Of a stretch of DNA of 64,000 nucleotides, positions 12,121-24,880 are shown one piece after another. A program made the translations under genes and the position numbers. Within the stretch, counting starts at the first letter, position 1. Every line of letters starts with the position of its first letter. The notes under the pieces are model-generated. The model had not been told where the DNA came from and ran no database searches. It was given only the letters and a program-made list of their open reading frames with translations. This stretch comes from Lama glama. Taxonomy: Eukaryota. Where the stretch lies: assembly GCA_028534125.1 (NCBI GenBank), contig CM052848.1, positions 9,672,001 through 9,736,000 on the forward strand. Reading direction: 5' to 3'.

Positions 12121-13091
12121 CTGGAGAGCAAGTAAATGGCACACCTTTCCACTGTTAATATTCCTTCTGAAAAAACATCTCTTTATTACTATGTTTAGAC
12201 AACTTACTAGGACTTCAAACTGACGATGCTTAAAGTTTTCATCTCAGATTCTAAGCGATGGCTGGTTCTCTGCACAGAGGACGACTTAGTATTGGATGGA
12301 CATCAGAACTGAACCCACTGGCTTTGCTGAGTTCCAAGGTCCGAGGTGGGGCTACTGGACACAGAGACAATTCATACTTTGATGTGGTCTGGGCCACAGG
12401 ACAGTGAGTCCACGGAAGGCCCGCTCTGTGTCCCAGCATCCCCACAAAGCTGGCTCAAAACAAGGAGGAAAAAGATGCTTTTAGCCTCAAGATGCAATTT
12501 CTCTGCCTCCCTGACTCCCCGTCCCCCAGGAAACGAGGCCCCTTCCTGGAGATCAGAGACAGTAACTGCACTGACACTGTTCCCATAGCACAAGTGGTGA
12601 GCTGGGAGCGAGCAGGACACGTCTGTGCCTGAAGGGGGTTGTGGTATGACGGGCCCTTGCCGGTCTCTCTCTGGGTCCACATTTGTTGTGGGAACTGGCA
12701 GAGAGTCTGCATAAAACACTCCTCCTTCTGCAGCCTTGCAAACAGCCAACGGCAGCGATGAACCAGTGACAAGGAGATGAATGTGGTGATGGGGGCAGAG
12801 GCCACCAGCAGGCTCAGCCCATGTGGCTTTTGTCGTTGGGAAAGGGCTGGTCCAAAGGCTGGTGGGTCTGTGCATAAAGCCTGCTTTAGGCAGCTGTGCA
12901 AGGACCGTGATGACCACAAGGCATCCGTACGGCCTCCGGGGTGAGACCCACCCTGGTCTCTTCCAGCTGTAGGAACGCAGTGTGATCTATCTGCACACGT
13001 GTCTATCACCCCTAGTGGACAGAGAGCAGCTCAAGCAGAGCACGTATGTTTTATTCATCTTTTTTTCCAACCAGCTAAATAAAAAGAGCCG

Positions 13092-13290
13092 TCATTAATG
13101 AAGCACTTACTGTATGCCTGGCTCTGTGCTAAGGGGGTCATGTGCATTACCTTTTGTTCCCCACACGAACCCTGAGTGGTTGGTAGAATTTTCCTGATTT
13201 TAAAGATGGGCAACTGACCCAAGATTACCTGCTGGTAAGTGGTGAAGTCAGGGCTGGGATTAGATAGGCTGATCTGGTGATCAGGCTCTT
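13092..13290 (-). mobile_element. MIR SINE
   Basis: GCACTTACTGTATGCC...AAAGATGGGCAACTGA...GTAAGTGGTGAAGTCAGG antisense MIR pattern. Confidence 0.7.
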
Positions 13291-13779
13291 AGCTAATGTA
13301 GACCACGGCTCTTTTAGTAAACCTGTGCTTCTCCCCACCCCACCTGCCCAGCAGGAAGTCATGTCTCCCAGGGCCCCCAGACGTCATATCTGTCCTCACG
13401 CACAGCTCATCCAAAGCCAGTGTTTTATTTCATCATTGCCACAGAGCCCCTCTGTGTGATGATGCGAGCTGCCTGAGAGCAGGAACCACTCTTTATTCAC
13501 CTTTGTTGCCTTAGAGACCCCCAGTTAGTGCCTTGTACTTAGAAAATGCCGACACATTAATTGAATTAAATGTAATCGTTTCTCGTCTAGGATTATAGAT
13601 GGGCTCAACGTAGAGTCCTTTGAAACCAAATAACATTGATTGTTTATCGAACTGTAAGCATGATATGCTGGATAATACGCTAAAAGATGAACACAAGAAA
13701 GAAACATACTCCTGGCAGAAGATGGATTGTACATACGAGTTGTGTCCTGTGATTTTACAAACCCACATGGGAAGTGGCT

Positions 13780-13828
13780 CTTTGATGGTTGCCATGAGAA
13801 CAGCACTTGGGAACCTGTGGTACCACAG
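13780..13828. promoter_or_regulatory. TCF/LEF + RFX X-box + palindromic RUNX motif cluster
   Basis: CTTTGAT 13780-13786, GTTGCCATGAGAAC 13788-13801, CTGTGGTACCACAG 13815-13828. Confidence 0.35.
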
Positions 13829-13918
13829 CAGCAATGCCGTCTTTGCATCATGCACAGGTCGTGGACGTGTGGCAGATGCAGAACTCGTACGAGAGCATGT
13901 GTCAGTGGTTGTCCATAG

Positions 13919-16900
13919 ATAATTTTCAGCACAGAGACACTGTGCATGTTTGGTTAAGTGTACACCTAAGTATTTCATTTTCTTTGGAGTGATTTTAGGT
14001 GGTCTTGTATTTTTTATTTCTGTTTCCACTTGTTCATGGTCAGTCTATAGAAACGCAATCATTTTTGTTTGTTGATTTTGTGCCTTGTGACCTTACTGAA
14101 TTCACTTATAAGTTCTAGAAGGTTTTTCATGGAATCCTGGGGAAATTTTATAGAGGCAATCATATCATCTATAAATGCAGTTTTATTTCTTCCTTTCCAA
14201 AATGTTTGCTGTTTATTTCTTGTTTTTGCCTTATCTCAAAACGTGCAGAACTTCCAGTACATGTTGAGAAAGAGTGGTAAGAATAGGTATCATCGTCTTG
14301 TTTCTGATTTTAGAGGGAAAGCATTTCCTTATTAAGTATGATATTAGTCATAATTTTTTGGTAGAAACTTTATCAAGTTGAGGTGATTCCCCTCGATCCC
14401 TGACTTACTGAGATTTTTATTATGAATGGTGGTGGATTTTGTCAAATGCTTTTTCGTATGTCAAGTGGGATGATTATATGCTATTTCTATGTTAGCTTAT
14501 TGAAGTGGAGCCCAACATGGAAGGATTTTTTTGAATGTTGAACCATCCTTGCATACCTGGAAGACATCCTACTGTTTTACCCATTACTGGATGAGGTTTA
14601 TTGAGGACTTTGACACCTAAGTTCATGAGAGATTTTAGTCTGTAGTTTTCTTTGTTTGTAGTATTCTTTTTCTGGTTTTAGTATTAAAGTAATACTGGCC
14701 CTCATAAAATGACTTGAGAAATGTTCCCACCTGTTCTGTTCACTAGTGGACTTACTAGTGGAGACTGAGTAAAACTGATGTTAATTCTTATTTGAATGTT
14801 TGGTAGAATTTTCCAGTGAAAACTTGTGCACCTGGAGATTTCTTTTCGGGGAGCTTTTCAATTACTAATATGATTTCTTTAATGTCTATAGGGTTATTCT
14901 AATTATAAACTTCACCTTGGTTGATGTGGTAGTTTGTGTTTTCAAAGAATTAGTCTATTTCTTCTAGCTTCAAATAATGTGAGTTTAATGTTATTCATAA
15001 TATTCTTTGGTTATCTTTTTAATGGTTGGAGGATCCACAGTGATAAACCCCATTTCATTCCTGATATGGATGATTGGTGTCTACTTTCATTTTATTTTCG
15101 TCACTCTTGCTAGAGGTTATCAATTTTTTTTTTTACTGTTTTTGAAAAACCAGCTTTCATTTTTTAAATCAATTTTTTCTATTCCTTTCCTAGTTTCAGT
15201 TTTATTAATTTACACTTCTTTCCTTTTGCTTGCTTTAGGCTTATTTTGCTCTTCTCTTTCTAGTTTCTTGAAGTAGGAACATGGATTATTGATTGGAGAA
15301 CTTCTCTAATTTAAGCCTTTAGTGCCATAAATTTTCTCACAGTATTCCATTAGCTGCATCCAACAAATGTTTCTTTGTTGTAATTTTCTTTTCATTCAGT
15401 ACTGTGAAATTTTTAAAACTTTGTCTTTAGTCTTACTCCCTGACCCATGGATTGTTTATAAATGTGGTGTTAAATTTCCACGTGTTTAGTTATTTTTATA
15501 TTGTTTTTCTGTTACTGATTTCTCATTTGATTCTATTATGGCTGGAGATCACAGTCTATGCTTTTAGTTCTTTAAAACTTGTTGAGATTTATTTTTATGT
15601 CCCATGGTATGATTTCTTGTGGTGAGTGTCCCATGGACACTGGAAAAGTATGTATTCTGCTGCTATTTGGTGGAGTGCACTGTACATGTAGATCCTACTG
15701 TTTGGTTGTGCTGTCCAGATCTTCTGTATCCTTGCTCATTTTCCATCCAGGGTTCTGTCAGTTGCCGAGAGGGGACTAATGTAAACCTCAGGTATAATTG
15801 TGGATTTCTGTTTCTTCTGTCAGTTCTATCAGTTTTTGCTTCATGTTTTTTGAGACTCGATTGTTCGGTGTATTCACCTTTAGGGTTAGGGTTGTTACAT
15901 CATCTTGATGGAGCCATTCTTTTGGCATCATGTAATATCCATCTTCATCTCTAGTAGTTTTCTTTGCTCTGAAATCTACTTTATCAGATATTAATATAGC
16001 CAGTCCTGATTTTTTTTAAATTAATGTTTGCATGGCGTATCTTTTCCCAATCTTTTACTTCCAGCTTACCTGTATCATTGGATTTGAGATGAGTTTTCTG
16101 TAAAAGGCATAAAACTGCATCTTATTTTAAAATCAAGTCTGTCAATTGGAGCATTTATACTGTTTACATTTAAGGTAACTATTGATATTTTAGTGTTTAA
16201 GTCTGACGTATTATTACTAGGTTTCTGTTTGTTTCTTTTTCTTTTCATTCCTCTGTTTCACATTTCTTGACTTCCTGCAGGCTGCTTGAGCAATTTTAGG
16301 ATTCCATTGTGATTGATTTATAGTGTTTTTGAGTCTATTTCTTAGTATAGTTTTTGCAGTGTTTACTCTGGATATCATAATACACATCTGTGACTTGTCA
16401 CAGTCTACTTATATCGATATTTTATCTTCAGCTGAGGTGTGGAAAAGAAATCTCAGTTTCATTTAAGTCCCTTTACCTTCCCCATTTTTAAATATCATAT
16501 ATCATTGTCTTGAGTATCAGGGGGTGCCACAATTTTTGTTTCAGTTTTCAAATATGATTTCCAAAGCTCGTGAAGAAAAGGAGAGGCTATGGTGTGTATT
16601 CATATTTCTTTTCCTTTCATTGTTCCTTTTTCCTCCCTGATACTCTAGGATTCCTTTTTTCATTTCCCTTCTGTTTGAAGAACTTCCTTTAGCCAGTTTT
16701 TTTGGTGTAGGTCTGGTGGCAGTAAATCCTTTCAGTTTTTCTTTGTTTAAGAATATTTTTATTTCCTCTTCATTCCTGAAGGATAATTTTGCCAGATACA
16801 GAATTCACGGTTGGCAGTTCTTCTTTCCCAGAACATGAAAAATGTGCCGCTTCCTTCTGGCTTCCGTGATTTCATGCTAGAGATCCAGTGCCATTAAAAT

Positions 16901-17313
16901 TACCATCCCCTGTAGGGCATGTGTTGTTTCTCTTTGACTGATTTCAAGATTTGTTTTCTTTTACTTCAGTTTTAGAAGTTCGGTTACCATGTGTTTTGGT
17001 GTGGACGCTTTGGATTTATACTGTTTGGGGTTCATGCTGCTTCCTGCATCTGCAGGTTTGCGTCTTCTGCCAATTCAACACGTCTTCAGCCATTGTTTCT
17101 TCAGATACTCTCCGAGCCGTGCCCTCTTTCTTCTCTCCTTCTGAGACTCCAATGATGTGAAGGTTGTGTCTTTTCTCACCATTGCACCATTCTCTGTGTC
17201 TCCGGTTTTTTGTTTTTTGTTTTTTGTTTTGTCTGTTTTCTCTGTTTTTCAGATTGGGTGCATTCTATAATATGTCCACAAATTCACTAATTGTTATCCT
17301 CTGTCATCTCCAC
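13919..17313 (-). mobile_element. Old L1 (L1M4/L1MC-type), ORF1 to mid-ORF2 remnant
   Basis: Minus-strand KMKYLGVHLTKHAQCLCAENY matches the L1 ORF2 KYLGxxLTK motif; ~3.4 kb T-rich antisense L1 texture; truncated at both ends. Confidence 0.88.
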
Positions 17314-17327
17314 TCTCCCTTTCTCCC

Positions 17328-17391
17328 TATATGTGTATGCATGGAGAGAGACAGCCTATTGTTCTGACTTCCTGGAGAATCCTGGCTAATA
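17328..17391 (+). mobile_element. MLT2 LTR terminal piece (inverted relative to the rest of the LTR)
   Basis: CCTATTGTTCTGACTTCCTGGAGAATCCTGGCTAATA resembles the MLT2 3' terminus. Confidence 0.7.
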
Positions 17392-17469
17392 GCTGGAGAA
17401 GGACGGCCTTGAACTAGGGTCTGATGGAAGGAGGGATGCGGTATTGAATGTGACACAACACGGAGTCTG

Positions 17470-17685
17470 GAAAGGGAGATTATTTATATCTGTTATGTCA
17501 TCTAAATGATGATAGAGGCTGGCAAGTCCAAAATCTGCAGGATGGGCCTGCAGGCTGGCGCCCAGGGCAGCTGTGGTTCAGGTCCAAAGGCCATCTGTCT
17601 GCGGAATTCCCTCTTCCTCAGGGGAGATTGGGTTTTTGTTCTATTCAGATCCGCCACCGATTGGATGAGGCCCCTTTGCATGGTC
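17470..17685 (-). mobile_element. MLT2 (ERVL) LTR body
   Basis: GAGGCTGGCAAGTCCAAAATCTGCAGG...GATTGGATGAGGCCC; similar to the MLT2 at 53409-53898. Confidence 0.8.
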
Positions 17686-18349
17686 GGCCCGGCGGCCACC
17701 CTCCCACCCTGGGTGACATGTGTCAGTTTTTTGCTCTCATTCTTTCTGTCCACGTACGAGGCATTCTCAGGATTCCCTTGTTCCTATTCAGCTGGGGGTC
17801 CTCAAGGTGGCCTGTATCGTACAGGACCTGGATTTAGAGGCTGCTCGTCCCACTGGGCCGAGTTATCTTTTAAAAACAGAATTCTGAGATCATATGTTTA
17901 ATGTATGGAAGGCTCAGAGATCGACATTCGTCCCTAAGTCAGCTGTGACAGTAGCCATCCCTACACAAAACATTTCCCCTTTTAAACATCTCAGGCAAGT
18001 TCAAAATAGCTTTACACAATGCTAGTGCTTCTCCCGGAGATTAATTTTTTCTTCTTTTTTCCCCTAATCCTTGACCTACTTCTTCCCTCTGCTCAATATA
18101 CCTGATGCGTAATAATGACTTCAGAGGGGGAAGCACCGGAGGAGGCCAGGGTGAAGGGATGCCTTCAGAGCGTGGCTCCGGGGCCCTGGAGCCCAGCCAG
18201 TGTCGCTGTCGGGGCAGAATCGGGGTGCCCATCTGAGTCCGGGTTTGCCCACATCCCTACGGCTGCGCTGTGCCCCTGTCAATATTTGGCGTGTTGCCTA
18301 GCAGGGGCTCATGTGCGGCAGGCGGAGAGGCTGACCCACACGTGCAGAC

Positions 18350-18392
18350 TCACACACACATACTCACATGCACACACTTACACACACACACA
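18350..18392. repeat. Degenerate (CA)n
   Basis: Read directly from the sequence. Confidence 0.8.
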
Positions 18393-19746
18393 TTCAGAAA
18401 CCCACCCAAGCTGTCTGGTGCTGTAAGAAGCAGGCTTGAGGGTCTGGAACAGCAGCTCCCGTCTAAAGATGTTCTTCTAAAACAGATTCCATTTATAATA
18501 TGATCTGTGCTGGGGGGCACAGGGCCGCTTCTGTCTCCGGAGCGGTAAGCCCGAACCCTGGAAGGTGCGGGCAGGCGGGGAGCAGTCGGACAGGTCACTC
18601 GGCTCACACAGCGCTCTCCGGCCCGTGTCCTGCGGAAACCGCTGCTGCCTCGGCCCCAGCACGTGCTGGCCTCTGTGAACTGGAGAGGAAGGAGGTGCCA
18701 ACGCACAGGCTTCTGTCTTTTCTGAGCTCCTTCTCAGAGAAGGGGTGTGGGGAAAGAGATAGAGGACAGAGAGGAAAAGACATGATAGAGAAGTGACGGG
18801 GAAAGAGAGAGAGGTAGCTCCCAGCTCTGGGAAGCAGCAGAGCTCAAGACTCTCATAAGTGGTGGCCCGCTCCCTGGAAACGCTCTGGCAAGCGGGCAGG
18901 ACCTCCATGGAGAAAGACAGTGGTTCCCCTCAGGGGCTTGACCACAGACCCCGCAGCTCCCGGCACGGGCTCATCCTGTGTGGCTTGGAAGCAGCAGAGC
19001 CCCCTTCAGTGTACCCGAGCTTGTGACAGCGAGCAGGACGGGGCAGTCCTGGGCCTGAAGGGATGTGGGCTCCCCCCTACTTCCTGGCCCTCCACAGGCT
19101 TCCTGGTTCCTGGGGACTCCTGGGGGTGGGGCTGAGGGGCTTGGATAGCGGCTGAAGGTAAATTTGAGGCTTAGCAGAATGGGGCCCCAGACTCAGATTT
19201 CGCAGCATGAGGTAGGCTTCCTCGCATCTCTGCACCTGTCCTGTGGGCCTGGGCCTCTGGGACTCTCTTCCTGACCCAAGACTCCTGACTCCTCCACAGT
19301 AGGGAGGGTTATGTGGCCCTCAGCTGTCACAGCCAGTTCAAGAAGAATGACCCCTAGCTAGCCTTTAACTGTCTGAAAACCCAAGGAATTTGGTGCCTCT
19401 TTTCTGGTTCACTGGGCACAGCAGGTCTCATCCAAACAGAGCAAGATATCACCTGCCGTGGTCCCCATCCCGCGGGTGCTCTGTGCAGCGGGTACAGGAC
19501 AGCACAGACTAGAACTGTGTCCCTCCCCACAGCTGTGCCTGTGCCTGACCTCCTGGCCTGACTTCAGGTCCCTGGGGTCGGGAGACCAAGAGCACATCTC
19601 TGCTGGTCCTTTGGGGGTTTTATTTGTGTCACTGAGGAGCTAGTACACAGGAGGGATTGACTGGCAGAGAACAGCAAAGCACACGCTGAAAAAGATCGAC
19701 AGGCATGTCCCCAGAGCCAGTGGTCTCCTTGCCAAGAAATGGGAAC

Positions 19747-20110
19747 TGTTTAGTTTGCTCGGGCTGCCAAAACAAGGCACTATAGACTGGGGGCTTCAAT
19801 AACAAATCAGTGTTCTTACAGTACTGGAGGCTGGAGGTCCAAGATCAAGGTGGCAGCAGGGTTAGTTTCTTTCGAGGCCTCTCTCTTTGGCTTGTAGATG
19901 GCCATCTACCTGCTCACATGACGCTCTCCCTTCTGTGTGTTTGTGTCCAAATTTCCAGTCTTACTGGATAGGCCCCACCCCCATGACCCCACTTTAACTT
20001 GATTATCTCTGTAAAGGCCAAGTAAGGTCACATCTGAGGTGCTGGTCGGAGGCGGGGATTGGGGCTTGAACATGTGCATTTGGGTGGGAGGCGCAATTCA
20101 TCCAGTTACA
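19747..20110 (-). mobile_element. MLT1A/B-type MaLR solo LTR
   Basis: TG...CA ends; GGAGGCTGGAGGTCCAAGATCAAGGTG; GGCTTGTAGATGGCC. Confidence 0.85.
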
Positions 20111-21142
20111 GCAGCACCGATTTAAACCCCCAGGGGCTCCACAGTTTCATTTGCTTCACAGAGAAAGAATCCATGCCTTCTAGAAAGCTCTGCCTTTTTC
20201 ATTCCTTCTGAGTTTGGTCTGTTGTATTATTAGGACAAACGCTAGAAAAAGAGGGAGTGAATCCCATATGTACATGTATTTAGTGGACTTAGAAGACACC
20301 AAATAGCCCCAACCATGCTGTTTTCCAGCCACAGATGAGGATGGTTCCTGCTATCTGACTCTCCTGGAGGGATTTCTTTGGTCCACAGATCAATGTCTCA
20401 ACCCCTTATCCCCTCAAGACCACTCTTAGCATTAAATCACCCCTGTTCCCCTACCATCTCCACCCCTTTGGGACATCCCTTTCCAAAAGGGAGACCCCAT
20501 CCCACCATGGGAGCTAGCCCACGTAAGGACACATGCCCTTCATGCCCAACTGGCTTATACTTTTTCTTTGCAGCCTTTTATCTCAGCATCAGAGCAGCGC
20601 TCTACTTTGAAAACACTTTCAGACCCATTTGATCTTCGCGTCTAGGGCAGGGGGAAGGAAGCACATTTATTGATCTTGCTGCACGTTTCAGGCTTATTGT
20701 TAGTGGTTTTACATCTGTGGTTTCTTTAATCATCACATCAACCTATGGCATGGTTGTGCATCAGGAAAAAAGATGTTATTATGACATGGAAACCCGCCAA
20801 CCCTGGCCTTGCCCCACTGATGCGCTGCACCAAGAGAGGGTGGGGTGGAGACCAGAGAGGCCTGAATATCAGGTTGCACTGAGCTACAGAGCAAAGGGCG
20901 CAGAGATCTCAGGAGGAGGAAAATAGTCCTGAAGGCGGGGAGAGGGGACCTAGCGTGGGGAAGTGGGGAGGGGCGAGAGCGGGTACAACTCTGGGGCGTT
21001 TTAGAAAGTTGTGCTGTGTACTGCTGGCGGCCTTCCCTCCTTGCTGTGCCATAAAAGGCTTTCATGATGTCTCAGGAGGTGTCAGAGAGCTGGGCCTCGG
21101 CTTGTCACGTTTAGGGATAGTTCTTGTGAGCATCATTTCATA

Positions 21143-21225
21143 AAAGAGGAAACTGGGGCTCAGAGTGATTGAGCCACAGCTCATCAGAGACAGACCCACA
21201 GATTAAATTCAGGTTTGTCTGATGC
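21143..21225 (-). mobile_element. MIR fragment
   Basis: GAGGAAACTGGGGCTCAGAG core. Confidence 0.6.
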
Positions 21226-22209
21226 AATCTGGTATATAGTTGACACCCCATTGATGCTTGTGTGGGTCTGTTTATTTTTCCCTATTTTGGCCAAATAGAA
21301 AAGAGAGGCACTGCTTAGAATTTGACTTTCCCCTGTCCCACCAGCTTTCTAAAGTCATCAGAGGTGAGCAGGACCATTGCCCTGCTCTGCATGTGCCACC
21401 GGCTCTTGCCCCTGGCTGTGCCATGCTTTGCACACAAAACTCATTACTTCCTGGTGTCTCTGCCACGCCACCCTCGCCCCCACCTCAGTGGGCAAAGAGG
21501 ACCTTCTTCAATCTCAAGAAGGATGTAACCCATTGACTTCATGCTGTAGAATTCCCATACTGTTACTTTCTACCTGTTCACATTTCTGAGTGTTTCCCAC
21601 ATTTTTTTTAAATCAACAACATATAATAAAACTCATTTTACCAGGTTCTGTCTCCAGGGAGAAGACTGGAAGCTTTGATTTCCTCTCACAACTTGGTCAG
21701 GAAAAACAAGTCCCAGAGCCAGCATTCTTGAACTTCAGTGGTTATGATTCCCACTCCTTATTGGGTTTTCAAACCAGATGGTCAGGTTAAAAAACAAAAC
21801 AAAATGGCTTTTTATCCCTGAATCCAAAGAGGGTGAATTTCATATTCAGAGCCCTGTGGGAACAGAGCCTTCCTGGATAGCTGACGAGGCCTCCCACACA
21901 AACGGATTAGGCTGGAGTCCATGCTGTTACATGCTGCCTCCAGACCCTCCGCCCCTCCTTCCTCTCTCAGGTATCATGGGGAGAAAGAAAACTGCCACCA
22001 TGGAGCAGGTTCTGTCCCCTCCCAGCAGAGCCAGACTCAGGAAACAGCAAATTATAAGCTATCATTTCTAGGAGGCTTGGGCGATGCCCTCCCCAAGCTA
22101 AAGCAGTTCCAGAATTTCCACCATCCAAGTTTATTTCCCGGTTTGATGGATTATCTCCCATCAAAGTGCAAATGTACTTTAGAATCGTATTGCTTGTGCA
22201 CAGAGAGAA

Positions 22210-22415
22210 CTAGCGGCTAGGCGGCCAGGTTTTAGAATGAGACTTGGTCTCGTCCTGGCTCTTCCATCTCCTGCTGTGTGACCTGGCACATAATACCTAA
22301 CCTCTCTGAGTGTGGGTGTGCTCCTGTGCACACTGGGGATAATTAGAAGCTGCATCTTAAAGATAATGGACTTAAAGCCATGAGGACATAATACATGCTG
22401 GTTAAGTACTAATTG
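22210..22415 (+). mobile_element. MIR SINE
   Basis: GCTGTGTGACCTGG...AACCTCTCTGAG core. Confidence 0.65.
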
Positions 22416-22494
22416 CATCCCATGTATTTTGATATATTATGTTATTTTTATTCAATTTTATGTATTTTTATATTTCCTTTGAAATCATTGAGAT

Positions 22495-22652
22495 TCAGAG
22501 CCTAGCCTCTGAAGCTAGACTGTCAGGATTTGAATCCCAGCTCTGCCACTTGTTAGCTGTGTGACTCTGGGTAATTGAATTGACCACTCTGTGCCTTAGT
22601 CTCCTCATCTGTAAAGTGGGATCAGAGTTGTACTTCGCTCATAGGGTCACTG
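22495..22652 (+). mobile_element. MIR SINE
   Basis: TTTGAATCCCAGCTCTGCCACTTGTTAGCTGTGTGAC...CTCATCTGTAAAGTGGG. Confidence 0.85.
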
Positions 22653-24134
22653 ACTCCTTAATGTGGAGCACATTTTCCCTCTTTGTAGTTAAGTTTTAAA
22701 GTGAACGTTTCTTTAATGTAAATTTTAGATGGAAGAATATTCCCTTATCTCTTTCAGATTTTGATGTCTTAGGTATCTATTTGGTATATAGTCTCCCCTC
22801 TCTCCCCCCTAAAATATCCAGTGCTGTTTACCTGCTGAAATGACTCAGCCTGTTAAGTCATAAAACCTAGTGACCTTTCCCAGAACAAGATCACAGTATT
22901 TCTGAGATTGGACAGCCTTCCAGCTGCATGCTGGAGTCACATGGCACTTCCTGTAAATTTTAATTTAATGCCTAGAGGGATAGAGCAGCACATATTGCCC
23001 TTACCCACCACCAGACCCTGCAGCAATGCCTGGGTGCCACTGTGATCATTTCCATGTGCTCTTCCCCACTCATTGCCTGTCCCAAAGACATGCATCCGAC
23101 TGTGAAAAAACGACAAAAGCCGCCAAGATCAGAGTTTAGTGGGACAGATTTGGTCCAGTGCTATTTTTTCTTCAAACTGTGCCCCTTGGATCTATGGAAT
23201 TCATGTGATGAACTTTAGGGGTTCTTGAAAATGAAGCCTGATTGTGACGGGCAGGGCTCGGGTGTCTCATTTTATCACCACCAAACTCTCCTCCGGAGCC
23301 CAATCTGTAAAGTAGAGAAAGTTTGTCCTTGGTGCATTCATGTCCACACACCCCCCTGACCTGGGCAGGACGAGCTTTAGGGTGTCTGCCCCATCTATAG
23401 TCCTCTTCTGCAGGTTCCTCCCATGGGAGCCGCCATGTTGGAACCATGATCACATGACCTCGAGGCCACAACCAATTGGACAAAGGCATAGCTGTAGCTG
23501 ATAGCTGATACCTGATTGGTGGGCAGCCACAGGGGCACCAGAGGAGAGACCTGCTGGGAGCTGAATGACTGTAATGGCGAAAGGCTTCTCAGGAACCCTT
23601 CTATGAGACAGTGACCACCTTAAAAGGCCCTCCAGTTCCTGCACTGCTTTCCTGTCTCTGGGAGGCACAGTTCTAAAAATATTTCTGGGGTCCCATTGAA
23701 GCTTGTGTATGCAATCTGCATTCTGGCTTCCTTTATTCCAGAATGATCCTTGTAATAAACACCTGGGCTTACTGAGAGACCTGAGTGTAACTCAGTTTCT
23801 TGACACCCACCTAAGACCAACACACCTGTTGTCTCTCCTTGTGGGCACTTCTGCCCTTAGCCTGTGGTCTTTACCTAAGTGCCATGCACAGGCCAGCTGT
23901 CAACCACTCCCAGTCTGTGGTCACTTGAGATTCAACAAGGGACCCCATCTTTCAAGCCCAGTAACCTTCCATCACTGCATTAGAAACTGTCTCTTCTGCC
24001 CCCTCCAGGTCTAGCCCTGACCCTGTAGAGGGGTGATCGAGCAGTCCTGTTTGATGATTTTAGCCTTTTCTTTCCCCAAAGTTCAAAGTTGTGTTGTTCC
24101 ATAAATCACTTCCTCCCATTTTGTGCTTCAGCTT

Positions 24135-24250
24135 CCCCATGTAGAGATGAGGGACCTTGAGGCACAGAAAGGTGAAGTAACTTTCCCCAGAGTGCACAGC
24201 TGGGAGGCCACAGAGCTGAGACTTGAACGTGAAGAGCCTGACTTTCATCT
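24135..24250 (-). mobile_element. MIR SINE
   Basis: GATGAGG...TGAGGCACAGAAAGGTGAAGTAACTT...CACAGCT. Confidence 0.75.
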
Positions 24251-24692
24251 GCAGGGGCAGAGCCCTCTGCATCCATCCGTGTGGTCCCCAGGCACGTTGG
24301 AAATCAGCACCAGAGAGTTCAGGTCTCCTCAGAGAGAAGAGAGAGGGTGAGCCCTTAGCTCAAAGTCGAAAAAATCTGTTCCCAAACATTATCTAATGGC
24401 TGGTATTCCATCACTTTAAAACCATTTTCCTAAGGTGAAACCTTTATGTTGTTTCCAAATTTTCCACATTTCAGACAGGATCACCTTTGTGCTTCCATCC
24501 TGGTCTGCCGATCCCTCTCACTCCTTCGAGGTGGGTGACCCCGGGTCCATCCCATGAGGGGGGTGACTTTCCCTCCAGACTTCCTGCAGCCTCTCTGCGT
24601 CACCCGTGGGCGTGGCCCACCGCCTCCCTGTGACCGCTACCTGCTAGCAGGATGCCCTGTGGAGATTCAGCAGCAGGCTTTACCTCTAGGTG

Positions 24693-24880
24693 ATGGTTAC
24701 CAGCCAGAGTACAGGCCGCCTGGTTAAATGTGATTTTCTGATAAACAAGCAGTGATTTTTAGTATAAGTATATCCCGAATATTACACAGGATATACTTAC
24801 ACTCAAAATTTCCCTCATGTATGTGAAATTCACATTTAACTGGGCACCCTGTGTTTTTATTTGCTCAATCCAACAATTCT
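24693..24880 (-). mobile_element. MER53 palindromic non-autonomous DNA transposon
   Basis: Arms GTTAAATGTGA...AGTATAAGTATATCC / GGATATACTTACACT...TCACATTTAAC form a ~190-bp palindrome. Confidence 0.85.

Noticed and set aside
13457-13477. C box GTGATGA plus D box CTGA
   Set aside because: Only 10 nt apart, far too short for a C/D snoRNA.
13591-13920. Overlapping ORFs and exon-like signals as a pseudogene
   Set aside because: No recognisable homology, and stops or broken splice sites in each reading.
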